Origin: Eledone cirrhosa
Lineage: Eukaryota
Direction of reading: 5' to 3'
Assembly (NCBI GenBank): GCA_964016885.1
Contig: OZ024742.1
Span: forward strand, 320,230,001 to 320,294,000
DNA: 64,000 bases
Below, piece by piece: positions 1-10,329 of the stretch. Made by a program: the position numbers and the translations under genes. Under the pieces are notes generated by a model. It searched no databases. It saw nothing but the letters and a program-made list of their open reading frames with translations, and was not told the DNA's origin. Position 1 is the stretch's first letter; each line of letters opens with the position of its first letter.

Positions 1-968
1 CTGCTGACACATTTGTGTATTTGGGGAGTACTCTGAGTGTGACCTGTTCTCTGGATGCAGAAGTTGGTCTACGTGTTAGTAAGGCAAGTGAGTCATTTGG
101 AAGGCTCAACGACCGTCTTTGGTGCAGGCGAGGAATCACAATGAGGACCAAGGTGAGAGTGTATGCTGCATGAGTGCTGTCAGCTTTGCTGTATGCATGT
201 GAGATATGGGTTGCCTAAAAACGGAATAGCCACAGACTGGAACGGTTTCACCAGCAGTGTCTCAGAAAGATGCTTGGTATCAAGTGGCAGATGCATGTGA
301 GTGATGTTGAGGTCCTTGAGAGAAGTGAGTGTCGGAGCATTGAGAGTATCATCCACCAACGGCGTTTGCGATGGACCGGACACCTCTGCAGAATGGAGGA
401 TGATCGAATCCCAAAACAACTCTTGTATGGAGAGCTTTGTGAGGGTAAGAGACCACCTCACAAACCAAAGCTCCGATTCAAGGATTGTGTAAAGGACTCA
501 TTGAAAAAAACTGGTTTGATGATGGCTGACTGGGAGATAGAAGCTCTTGAAAGAGAAACTTGGCGTGGAATGGTGAATGATGGGGTCCATATTTTGAGGA
601 CAGACGTATAGGGCACGAGAAGATCAAAAGGGATGTGCGTAAGCAATGCCCTGGTGTATCTCTCGAAACGATCGGTGTCTCCATTGAATTGAAGTGCCCT
701 GAGTGTGGAAAAATTTGCTTGAGCAAATCTGGTCTCAGGAGCCACAGTCACAGCCAGGTTCAAAGAGAACCAGTGAACTATGATCTCCACGGTGTTGTGA
801 GGGTTCACGGGCAACCTGATGCGGGACCTCAAGCCAGGGAGATCCATAGTTGTCGTCAGTGTGTGAAGGAGTGCAAGTCTTTAGCAGACTTGAAAAGCCA
901 TATCCGAGCGTCCCACATCTGAATCTGACAAGCAATTGCAATACTCTTGGCAGAGTTTGCAGCCATCA
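1..968 (+). mobile_element. 3' part of a decayed RTE-clade (BovB-like) LINE: RT thumb/C-terminus, two C2H2 fingers, short tail running into (AT)n
   Basis: Frame from nt 3 reads FVYLGSTLS...DAEVGLRVSKASESFGRL...TKVRVYAA*VLSALLYACEIW. It continues as RRLRWTGHLCRMEDDRIPKQLLYGEL..GKRPPHKPKLRFKDCVK (ORF 270-611), then CPECGKICLSKSGLRSH and CRQCVKECKSLADLKSHIRASH (ORF 635-922). Internal stops and a frameshift are present. Confidence 0.9.
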
Positions 969-979
969 TATATATATAT

Positions 980-1140
980 AGGTAAAATTCCGTTATAACG
1001 AATTTTTCAGTATAATGAAACTTTTTTCAATCCCCGGCCACACGCTCGATGGGTTTCGGTCGATCTCGCTATAAAGAATTTTTCGTTACAACGAATTTCT
1101 TTTTATACCCCGTGAATTTCGTTAAAACGGAATTTCACTG
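980..1140. mobile_element. MITE, Tc1/mariner-pogo-like
   Basis: Imperfect ~25-bp TIRs (gtaaaattccgttataacgaatt / aatttcgttaaaacggaatttcactg) with TA on both sides; non-coding. Confidence 0.65.
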
Positions 1141-1141
1141 T

Positions 1142-1181
<40 letters not shown>

Positions 1182-1378
1182 GTGTGTATATAAGAATCTA
1201 TTGAGTACAAAGAGAAAAAAGGAAATAAGGAAGAAACACAGTAACCAACAAAGGATAAGAAAATATATTTCTTGTTCTTTTTATTAAAAATAATTGCCTC
1301 TCTGTTGTTATATATCAGGATATAACTTCCTCTTTTGGTTATCGTTGGGGAGAAAAAAAGGCGCATTGATTTCCTTAC

Positions 1379-1755
1379 GTGTTCACTGGCTTATCAGTGA
1401 TCATCACAGGAGGTCCTATTTGTTGATTTACAATCACAGCTGTTTCTGTCGTTAGCTTCATCGATTTCAACATTTGCTGCTGTTATTGGTTTGTTGCTGC
1501 TATTGCTAATGTTGTTGGTGCTGTTGTTGTTGTTGATGTTATTGCTGCTTCAGCTCTGTCAACTGATTCTCCTGTAGTTGATGTTGCTGCTTTTGTATCA
1601 ACTGTGGATGATGCCACCTGCTTCTTAGTGGTGGTGCTACTGTTGTTGCAGTGTCTATTGCTGTCGTTGTTGTTGCTGCTGCTGCTGCTGCTGCTAGTGT
1701 GTTTAGTGGTACCTGTTCCAATGGAAACGATAGGAATGTTCACTAAGAAGTGTGT
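1379..1755 (-). other. Low-complexity Thr/Ala/Ser-rich segment with splice-like borders; possible degenerate exon
   Basis: On the minus strand it has cttctatgttatag| at 1756 and |gtaagg at 1378. The peptide STVDTKAATSTTGESVDRAEAAITSTTTTAPTT is present, but every frame contains a stop. Confidence 0.2.
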
Positions 1756-1881
1756 CTATAACATAGAAGAGGACATGACTTAGGAAAGAAAGTGCAGACT
1801 GGACAGAGAAAATAAATACAGCCTGGTCAGACTGCCACAGTGCACCTTATATAATAATAAACCTCTACAAAACTATTATAT

Positions 1882-1971
1882 ATCCAAGGAAGGCGCAGGC
1901 GCGCAAATTACCCACTCCCGGCACGGGGAGGTAGTCACGAAAAATAACGACGCGGTACCCTGTCGAGGCCC
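1882..1971 (+). rRNA. Isolated 18S rRNA gene fragment (~90 bp, pseudogenic)
   Basis: atccaaggaaggcgcaggcgcgcaaattacccactcccggcacggggaggtagtcacgaaaaataac...tcgaggccc matches the conserved eukaryotic SSU segment ATCCAAGGAAGGCAGCAGGCGCGCAAATTACCCACTCCCG..GGGGAGGTAGTGACGAAAAATAAC, with one deleted A and a few substitutions. The flanks are not rDNA. Confidence 0.85.
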
Positions 1972-2136
1972 GGCGGGCTGCTCTCTGTTGTTTTTACCGA
2001 GAATGAGTAAGTGACATAGTCACTACTTTAAAACTCATAGCAAATAGTCTTCTAAATGTATATTCTACAGTATATAGCCAAACATACTATACATACATTC
2101 ATGTATACATCACTATTTCAGAGCACCAATACTAAA

Positions 2137-2603
<467 letters not shown>

Positions 2604-2761
2604 ATATTGTTATACTTTGGGAGGGTCATGTTGCCAATAAGAAACACACGCACCAGTTGCTTTCACTTCAATTTATTATATATTTATAAATTTATAAATT
2701 TACAAATCTACAAATTTCTGGTTGGTTGGTTGGTTCCACAACCAGATAGTTGTTTATATAT

Positions 2762-2806
2762 AGTCATAGTCCTTTCGTCACACACTCTGTGACCTCTTCA
2801 GTGACT
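2762..2806 (-). ncRNA. Minimal type I hammerhead ribozyme (3' pLTR copy)
   Basis: Exact reverse complement of 4361-4405. Confidence 0.75.
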
Positions 2807-3018
2807 GGGGATTCCTTTCTTTGTTTCTGTGCCTTTCCTTTCTTCTGTCCTACGCCATTTTGTTTCTGTGTGTGTGTTGTGTTCTCAGTTTGCGCATGCG
2901 CCACATCCGGGTGTCTGTGTGTGTTTGTGTTCATTTATCTATTTGTTTATTTATTTATTTATTTACATGTTATTGGTTGGTTGTTTGTTCTATGTGTGTG
3001 TGTGTTTTCATTTTGTCC

Positions 3019-4199
3019 TTAATTGTAAGTTGTGATGTTGCTGTTCCACTCATATTTTCTATTTAATTTTGGTTGTAATTCTTTTATGTTTATTGCCTCT
3101 GTAATTTGTCTAAACATTGCATCTTTTCTGTGTGTAGATTCTATTTTTATTTCTATGTTCTCTAATTTACCCTTGTGTTCTATCTTAGCATGTTAGTAGA
3201 GTACAGATGATTCTTTATTATCTTGAAGGTCTCGCCAGTGTTCATTTATCCGTTCCCCTATACTACGAGCTGTCTCACCTATGTACACTATATTTTTGTT
3301 TCTACATTGTCCTTCAGTACATCTTATGCTATACACTACGTTTCTAGTTTTACAGTTAATATGGGGGCTTATTTTACAGGTTATACATTTCTTATCTATA
3401 CATGAGGGTCTTTGAAACGGGTATGTCTTGCTAATAAGTGTTTTTACGGAGGTACCTGGTCTTTCTACTATCTTAATATTGAGTTTATGTTTATTTAGGG
3501 CCCTTCTAAATTTGTAGGCTAGTTCGCCTCTAGGGGTTGTATCGATGAACATTACACTCTGGTATTTATTGCTATCATACCATAAGTTTATTCTATTGGC
3601 CTTGTTCCTAGTTCTTTCTATTCTATTCCAAAATTTGCTCCTATACAAGGGGCAGGTCCCATTTATGTCATTATTTACCATTTTTTCCCATTTGGTTCTG
3701 GCTCCTCTATACACTCTGATTCTATCTCTCTGATTGTAGCCAGAGAACTGCATACGGTGGATGAAGTGTTGTATGTGTCTCTCTAGTTCTTCGGGGTTGC
3801 ACATGCGGGACACATTTCGCATCACCCGTACCAAATCCGCAATCAGTATGTTGATTTTGGTATGGTCCGAAATGGCCGAGTTTCAGTGGATCAGATGTTT
3901 GGAAGTCATGGGTTTGGCATAATGGGAATGGAGGATTTGTTTTTGGTTGTTAATGGTATCTAACCAGAGCTCTGTGTCTAGTACAGGTAATCGATGGTTG
4001 GGATGTCTACTTGGGTAGTCTATAGTAACTCTAATGCTCTGGTGGATGGAGTTTGCTATTTGCTGGATGCTTTCCATTGTGTTTTTCTCTAGTTCCTGAC
4101 TGTTCTCTAGTGGGGGTGTCTTAACTACGATGTTTATATCATCTACGTAGCGGGAGTACATTATCAGGGTTAAGCTGTCTTCTAATTGTTCTTTAAGTT
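3019..4199 (-). pseudogene. PLE ORF C-terminal part: RT YxDD/thumb, Cys-rich linker, GIY-YIG endonuclease; two in-frame stops
   Basis: Reads YSRYVDDI, LPVLDTELW, HYAKPMTSKHLIH*NSAIS, RMQFSGY, PLYRSKFW, CIDKKCITC...C, NVVYSIRC...VYIGETARSIGERINEH. After the TAA at 3193 it continues HAKIEHKG...RQITEAINIKELQPKLNRKYEWN to a stop at 3019. Confidence 0.9.
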
Positions 4200-4360
4200 T
4201 GTAAATAAATAAATAAATAAACAAATAGATAAATGAACACAAACACACACAGACACCCGGATGTGGCGCATGCGCAAACTGAGCACACAACACACACACA
4301 GAAACAAAATGGCGTAGGACAGAAGAAAGGAAAGGCACAGAAACAAAGAAAGGAATCCCC

Positions 4361-4405
4361 AGTCACTGAAGAGGTCACAGAGTGTGTGACGAAAGGACTA
4401 TGACT
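4361..4405 (+). ncRNA. Minimal type I hammerhead ribozyme (inverted pLTR copy)
   Basis: agtca-CTGAAGA-g-gtcaca gagtg tgtgac-GAAA-ggac-TA-tgact; stem I agtca/tgact, stem II gtcaca/tgtgac. Confidence 0.75.
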
Positions 4406-4619
4406 ATATATAAACAACTATCTGGTTGTGGAACCAACCAACCAACCAGAAATTTGTAGATTTGTAAATTTATAAATTTATAAATATATAATAAATTGAA
4501 GTGAAAGCAACTGGTGCGTGTGTTTCTTATTGGCAACATGACCCTCCCAAAGTATAACAATATCGGTTTCAACACACGATTTCAGATAAAGAATCTTGCT
4601 AAACAAATTCAGAAACGAA

Positions 4620-5508
<889 letters not shown>

Positions 5509-5907
5509 TTAGAACCTCACATGTGCTTTCATACCCTATGAGATTCTCGCGCACGAAGAACAAAATGCCTGTTGGGAAAATGATTGTTCGATCATTATAC
5601 CAAAAGCTCATTATTTTTTATAAGCAGACAGTATTATTGATTTAGGTGTCGCAGAAACCCTATATCGGAATACCATCTCCCCCGAGGGTCCAGGTAACTA
5701 TTTCAATCATATCTTATTTTGTTTGACCCATTTAGCTTGTTCGCTTCTTTGGCTTGGGTGGTTAATGGCTTCTTAACCATCGTCTCAGCTTTATATGACT
5801 TTTTTAACTTATGTTTATAGCTCTGGTATCTTCATATCCATGGAGCGCTTGTCAACACAATTCGGAATTTCGTTAATTTCTACCCGCCGAAATGCGATTC
5901 TCGCTAA

Positions 5908-5946
<39 letters not shown>

Positions 5947-5951
5947 TATAT

Positions 5952-6212
5952 AAAGATGAAATCGAAAATGCAACTGGAGTCTTATTTAAAAAAAAAAAAA
6001 TGTATTTGGTTCCTTTACCGATGTGAGAAAAACCACAGACCCTCCATCTCAACTCTACTTTTGAAAAGCAGAAGAACTGCGAAACCGGTAAAGGAACCAA
6101 AATAAAAATAAGACTCCAGTTGCATTTTCGATTTCATCTTTTTTTCTTTATACTTTCACTCGTGTAGGACACCTCGGTTATTTTTCATTTTGTAAAAAAA
6201 AACTCACTTTGT
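5952..6212 (+). mobile_element. Fold-back PLE-derived element with U3-A8 hammerhead
   Basis: Inverted arms ~5952-6020 and ~6085-6140, tail to ~6212, (TA)n on both sides. A related copy lies on the minus strand at ~25545-25745. Confidence 0.75.
6058..6093 (+). ncRNA. Type I hammerhead, U3-A8 core variant
   Basis: ctt-TTGAAAA-gcag aagaa ctgc-GAAA-ccgg-TA-aag. Confidence 0.65.
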
Positions 6213-6228
6213 AATATATATATATATA

Positions 6229-6770
6229 TAATAAAATAACAGGAGGCTGGACTTGTGTAAATCCTTGAAAGGTTTATTATACTATGATCATTTCAATGAC
6301 CGGGTTCCGTATGAATCCGGTGTTATCATCAGGTATACGAAATATAACAAAGGAATATAATATGATAAAATCATAGACAAGAGGACGACCGACCATCTAG
6401 CATCTTCTACTTTAGTCGGTCGTCCTCAAGTAGAAGATGCTAGATGGTCGGTCGTCCTCTTGTCTATGATTTTCAGCCCCATGGATTTTATCTGTTATAT
6501 TCCTTTGTTATATTTCGAATACCTGATGATATCACCGGATTCATACGGAACACGGTCTTTGAAATGATCATAGTATAATAAACCTTTCAAGGATTTACAC
6601 AAGTCCAGCCTCCTGTTATTTTATTATAATAATTAACTCCGTACTAGCACCACCAATTACAAAAACGAAGACGGGTGAGCTGTATTACGTTGAGTACTCT
6701 CCATAATATTACATCGAGGTTGACCATACGGAATGATCAATTCTATCCAGTGGTGAACCAACAAACCTAA

Positions 6771-6775
<5 letters not shown>
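6229..6775. mobile_element. Fold-back element with a hammerhead in each arm (6279-6336 minus, 6519-6576 plus) and a one-sided tail
   Basis: Arms ~6229-6411 and ~6429-6626 are reverse complements. HHR: atac-CTGATGA-...accgg..cggt..-GAAA-tgatca-TA-gtat. Flanked by (TA)n. Confidence 0.85.
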
Positions 6776-6855
<80 letters not shown>

Positions 6856-6879
6856 TATATATATATAATACTATATATG

Positions 6880-7182
6880 TAGGAGGTGAGTTTTATTGTA
6901 GTACAATAAAGCAATGCAGATATCGGATAAGAAGCACTCTACAGTTTGTAGGACTGGAGTATACATAATATATAAGAACAAAAGATGGTTAAAATATGAT
7001 ATGTTGATATGTTGATTTAAAACTGCACTATCCACAAGTGTTTTTTTAACCTTCATATCATGTCTTCCTGTTTTATCTGATGAAAACACAAATATTATTG
7101 CATGATTATATTTGTTTTTGAAATGCGCATAATAAAATACATGGAACTCTTTTAACCATCTTTTGTTCTTATATATTATAAT
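6880..7182 (+). mobile_element. Fold-back element with hammerhead at 7071-7137
   Basis: 30-bp inverted repeat ataatatataagaacaaaagatggttaaaa (~6966) / ttttaaccatcttttgttcttatatattat (~7150). HHR: ttttat-CTGATGA-aaac acaaatat...atatttgt tttt-GAAA-tgcgca-TA-ataaaa. Confidence 0.85.
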
Positions 7183-7221
7183 ACTGTATATATATATATA
7201 TAATACTATATATATATATTT

Positions 7222-7376
7222 ATTAAGTATTTCCGTAGAAAAGGTAAAGGAAAGAAGAGTGCTCTATGTATAGTACAGAGCTATTTCATCTGATGAACAA
7301 AACAGACGTTTCTGTTAGAATCGTCTAACTTCGTGAAACCTTGGGTAATGGAATAATTATAGTGTTGTTTATTACA

Positions 7377-7381
<5 letters not shown>
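7222..7381 (+). mobile_element. Compact copy of the hammerhead family also at 48660-48952 and 51136-51418 (inverted tail joined to the HHR arm)
   Basis: HHR at 7285-7353: ttcat-CTGATGA-ac...tcgt-GAAA-ccttggg-TA-atgga. The tail taagtatttccgtagaaaagg... is shared with 51137. Confidence 0.8.
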
Positions 7382-7452
<71 letters not shown>

Positions 7453-7470
7453 CACACACTCACATATATA

Positions 7471-8035
7471 AAATACAATATGTTGAAAAGGTAACACGCT
7501 AGAGAGAGAGAGAGTGTGCCATCAGGGAAAACCACCAGCTCTGTTTGGTTGAGCACACTTCGAGTGGTTTTTGGGCTGCCCTTTCTAGCAGCTCGTCCCT
7601 CAGACACTACTGCTTCACTGCCCTAAACACGCTTTGATATCTCTCTGCCGCGTGTTGCTGGACGGTCGCTTTAGATTCTCTTAGAGTTGTCTGGAATGTA
7701 TAGTCTTGCACGCGCTGATGAGCCATAGGCTATTCCATTTCAGTCAACTACCTCCTGGCGAAACAGATCTCTTTGGATTTGTACGCGTGTGTTATATAGT
7801 TATAGAGGTGCGTATATACATTTTAATTTATATTTTTAATTATTGTGTGTCTACCCTGCCTTCCATAGACTATAAATTCCATACACTGGTGGTTTTCCCT
7901 GTTTTATTGATGGCACACTCTCTCTCTAGTGTGGTACCTTTTCAACATATTGTATTTTAAAGAGCTCAGGATTCCTTTTCCTTTGAGCATATTATTGACA
8001 GGGAATAACGAGAATCTATGGCTCCGTTAATTTAT

Positions 8036-8040
<5 letters not shown>
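7471..8040 (+). mobile_element. Fold-back element with a fully stemmed hammerhead at 7709-7789
   Basis: Inverted arms ~7471-7539 and ~7886-7958, tail to ~8040. HHR: cacgcg-CTGATGA-gcca...tggc-GAAA-cagatc tctttg gatttg-TA-cgcgtg. Confidence 0.9.
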
Positions 8041-8085
<45 letters not shown>

Positions 8086-8090
<5 letters not shown>

Positions 8091-8330
8091 CTAGGGAAAC
8101 GCTTGGTAATTTTGAATTAGGAATCCCAATCTCAGAAAGTAACTATAACAAATGTTGATTGCTATAAATAATAAATTAGAAAACGGATAAAATACACCTA
8201 TAGACGGAGAAAAATGGCAACTTTTTCCGTCCATAGGGGTATTTTATCTGGTTTTCTAAGCTATTATTTATAACAACCGATTGTTGTTACAGTTATTCTC
8301 TGCGTTTGGGATATCTACGTTTTCTGAAGA
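8086..8330. repeat. Diverged ~190-bp palindrome between (TA)n tracts; probably an old fold-back element
   Basis: atcccaatctcagaaagtaactataacaa...cctatagacggagaaaa versus ttttccgtccataggg...ttgttacagttattctctgcgtttgggat; no intact HHR core seen. Confidence 0.6.
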
Positions 8331-8519
8331 ATATATATATATATATATACAATCGCACTTGTGTGTTTTCAACTAATCTGACCTCCGACATGTTTGCAAT
8401 TGCCTTCTTTTCCGAAAACGGAATGTGGGGGGATCCTCGGATTTTCCCAGCATTGGAGATTTCTTCAGTGCATATAACAGATGCAGGAAGGGAGTGGGGG
8501 CAGTGGGAGTTACAGGTAA

Positions 8520-8790
8520 GCACCTCTCAGCTGTTTAGATTTATAGAAAACCAATCCCTTGATACTGACGGATGTTTTGATCTTTCATTTTGTACTGTTG
8601 TGGAAAGTGTTCTAAGCTTAATTAATTAAATGTTCCCCAATTTATAAATCCAGTATTCCAATGAGGAATGGCTGTGTAAAAAAAGCAATCCTTGTCCCCC
8701 CCCCCCATACATTACAGTGAATGCCATCAACAAAATCTCTCACAAATGATCCCTGGTGGTAGCCAGACCTATAAATCTATCGATGTATAC
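8520..8790 (+). pseudogene. Decayed PIF1-type helicase fragment, Helitron-like
   Basis: Pieces read SQLFRFIENQSLDTDGCFDLSFCTVVESVLSLIN*MFPNL*IQYSNEEWLC-KAILVP...TVNAINK...MIPGGSQTYKSID. This matches the Helitron helicase motif W/YL.ERAILAP.N..V..IN......PG....Y.S.D; stops and frameshifts present. Confidence 0.7.
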
Positions 8791-9128
8791 TGAAGTTCTG
8801 TAAATGTTTTATAATTTTCGTAGAATACATTTTTTTGTTATTTTCTTTATTTCTTTCTATATTCTAAAAAAATATTGTAAAGATACGTTATGCAATATTT
8901 AAATATCTTTTCACATTTTTATTCTAAGGAAAATAGACATTACGACAGATGGCAATATGTGCCTTATAAATAGATTTAAACAGGGTACAGACCGGTGCGA
9001 AGGCCGTTAGTATATTTATAAAATATAATCAACTTCTTTTAAAACTTTTCTTGAACATCCTATAAAGAACCTTTACCTTTATATAGACAACTTATTATTT
9101 TACCAACTCGTCAATCACCTAATCCACA

Positions 9129-9215
9129 CCCCTGATGAAATGACCGGTCCCCTGCAAGTCTGTTTGTGAACAGTCTGGAACTATCTGTCGAAACGGCAAG
9201 TGCTCAGCCGCCGGG
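9129..9215 (+). ncRNA. Type I hammerhead with long stem II and mutated cleavage triplet (GCC)
   Basis: ccc-CTGATGA-aatgac...gtc-GAAA-cggc aagtgctca gccg-CC-ggg. The truncated relatives at ~5270 and ~51810 keep GTC. Confidence 0.6.
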
Positions 9216-10136
9216 CCCCGACTCTTTCTAATAGAATCACACTTTACTATTCCAAAATCCTGTTATACATACATATATATGTATACACACACATACATAC
9301 ATGTATAGGAAGGCTGGGGAGGGAAGGACCAGAAGAAAGAAGAAGAAAGGAAACTCCTCTTTATAAACAGGAACAGGGTATCGTGGGGGGTCGGTAAGGG
9401 GAATAGGGATCTAGGAAGGCGTTATTTACAAAATATCTGTTCCCCAAATTCCGTTACACATGACTCATTTACCCTGAATGAAAGGAAGGTTATAAAATAT
9501 TGAAACTATATTATTTTAGATGGGTTTCATTTATTTCAATCTTCCTTCACTAAACACAGTCCCTTCCTAGCAGTCTCACTCTCATTTCCCACCCCAAACA
9601 CACCCTTTTTTCAAATGCTAATTATTCTTTCTTTCTTTTTTATTAAATTTTCTTTTATATTATTGTTTATTTTGTTTGTTTTTTCATATCATAGTGACGA
9701 TGGAGATGTTCCTATTTTTTATATTTTTATACATGTTTATTTTTTTTTCGTAAAACGAAAACTATTTCTCCCACCCCCTCCTCCACACCGTAATAAAATT
9801 GTAATTTGAAATACGGAAATGAAAATTCAGTGGGGAAAGAATGAAAAGAAAGAAAAGGTAGTTATATCTGACTAATAGTTAACAATACGCCTACCCGTAA
9901 TACCCTAAAACTTATTGCTACAGAAGTAAAGTTTATTACTTTAATTATTATTATAATTATTTATCATTAATTAATTTTGTTATTATGCTAGAAATCATTA
10001 TGAATGATCGCAGTAGGGATGATAAGGATGCTCGTGACGATAACAATGTATATCTACACACACACATACACACACACACACACACATACATGTATATATA
10101 TATATAAAAATGCATATACATACACGCGCGTGCACA

Positions 10137-10229
<93 letters not shown>

Positions 10230-10329
10230 ACACACACATATGTTTGTATGTAAACAAACTATATAAAAATTACTTCACCAATCATAGCAACAATAAACGT
10301 TATAAAGATATGAAAGCATTTGCTGTTTG

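Larger units (their letters stand above)
2604..4619 (-). mobile_element. 5'-truncated Penelope-like retroelement (Naiad-like RT) with inverted pseudo-LTR and ~58-bp tail, inserted in (TA)n
   Basis: ~360-bp near-identical inverted repeats (2604-2967 and 4200-4562) flank an RT/GIY-YIG remnant. Each repeat contains a hammerhead. The tail 4563-4619 is present only on the inverted copy. Flanking duplication atatagtattat at ~2594 and ~4620. Confidence 0.9.

Noticed and set aside
3883-3885. In-frame TGA in the PLE ORF as selenocysteine (reported for some Naiad elements)
   Set aside because: The position (IH*NSA) fits a CGA-to-TGA decay, the ORF also has a TAA at 3193, and I see no SECIS-like hairpin downstream.
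4395-4405. Resemblance of the pLTR hammerhead end (ggactatgact) to the 26-bp satellite minus strand (ggactaggact)
   Set aside because: Only 10 of 11 bases match and the satellite has no HHR core; consistent with chance.
9470-9525. Possible hammerhead (ccctgaatga...ttgaaacta...tagatggg)
   Set aside because: Extra base in the core, no UH site and no clear stem II; too degenerate to call.
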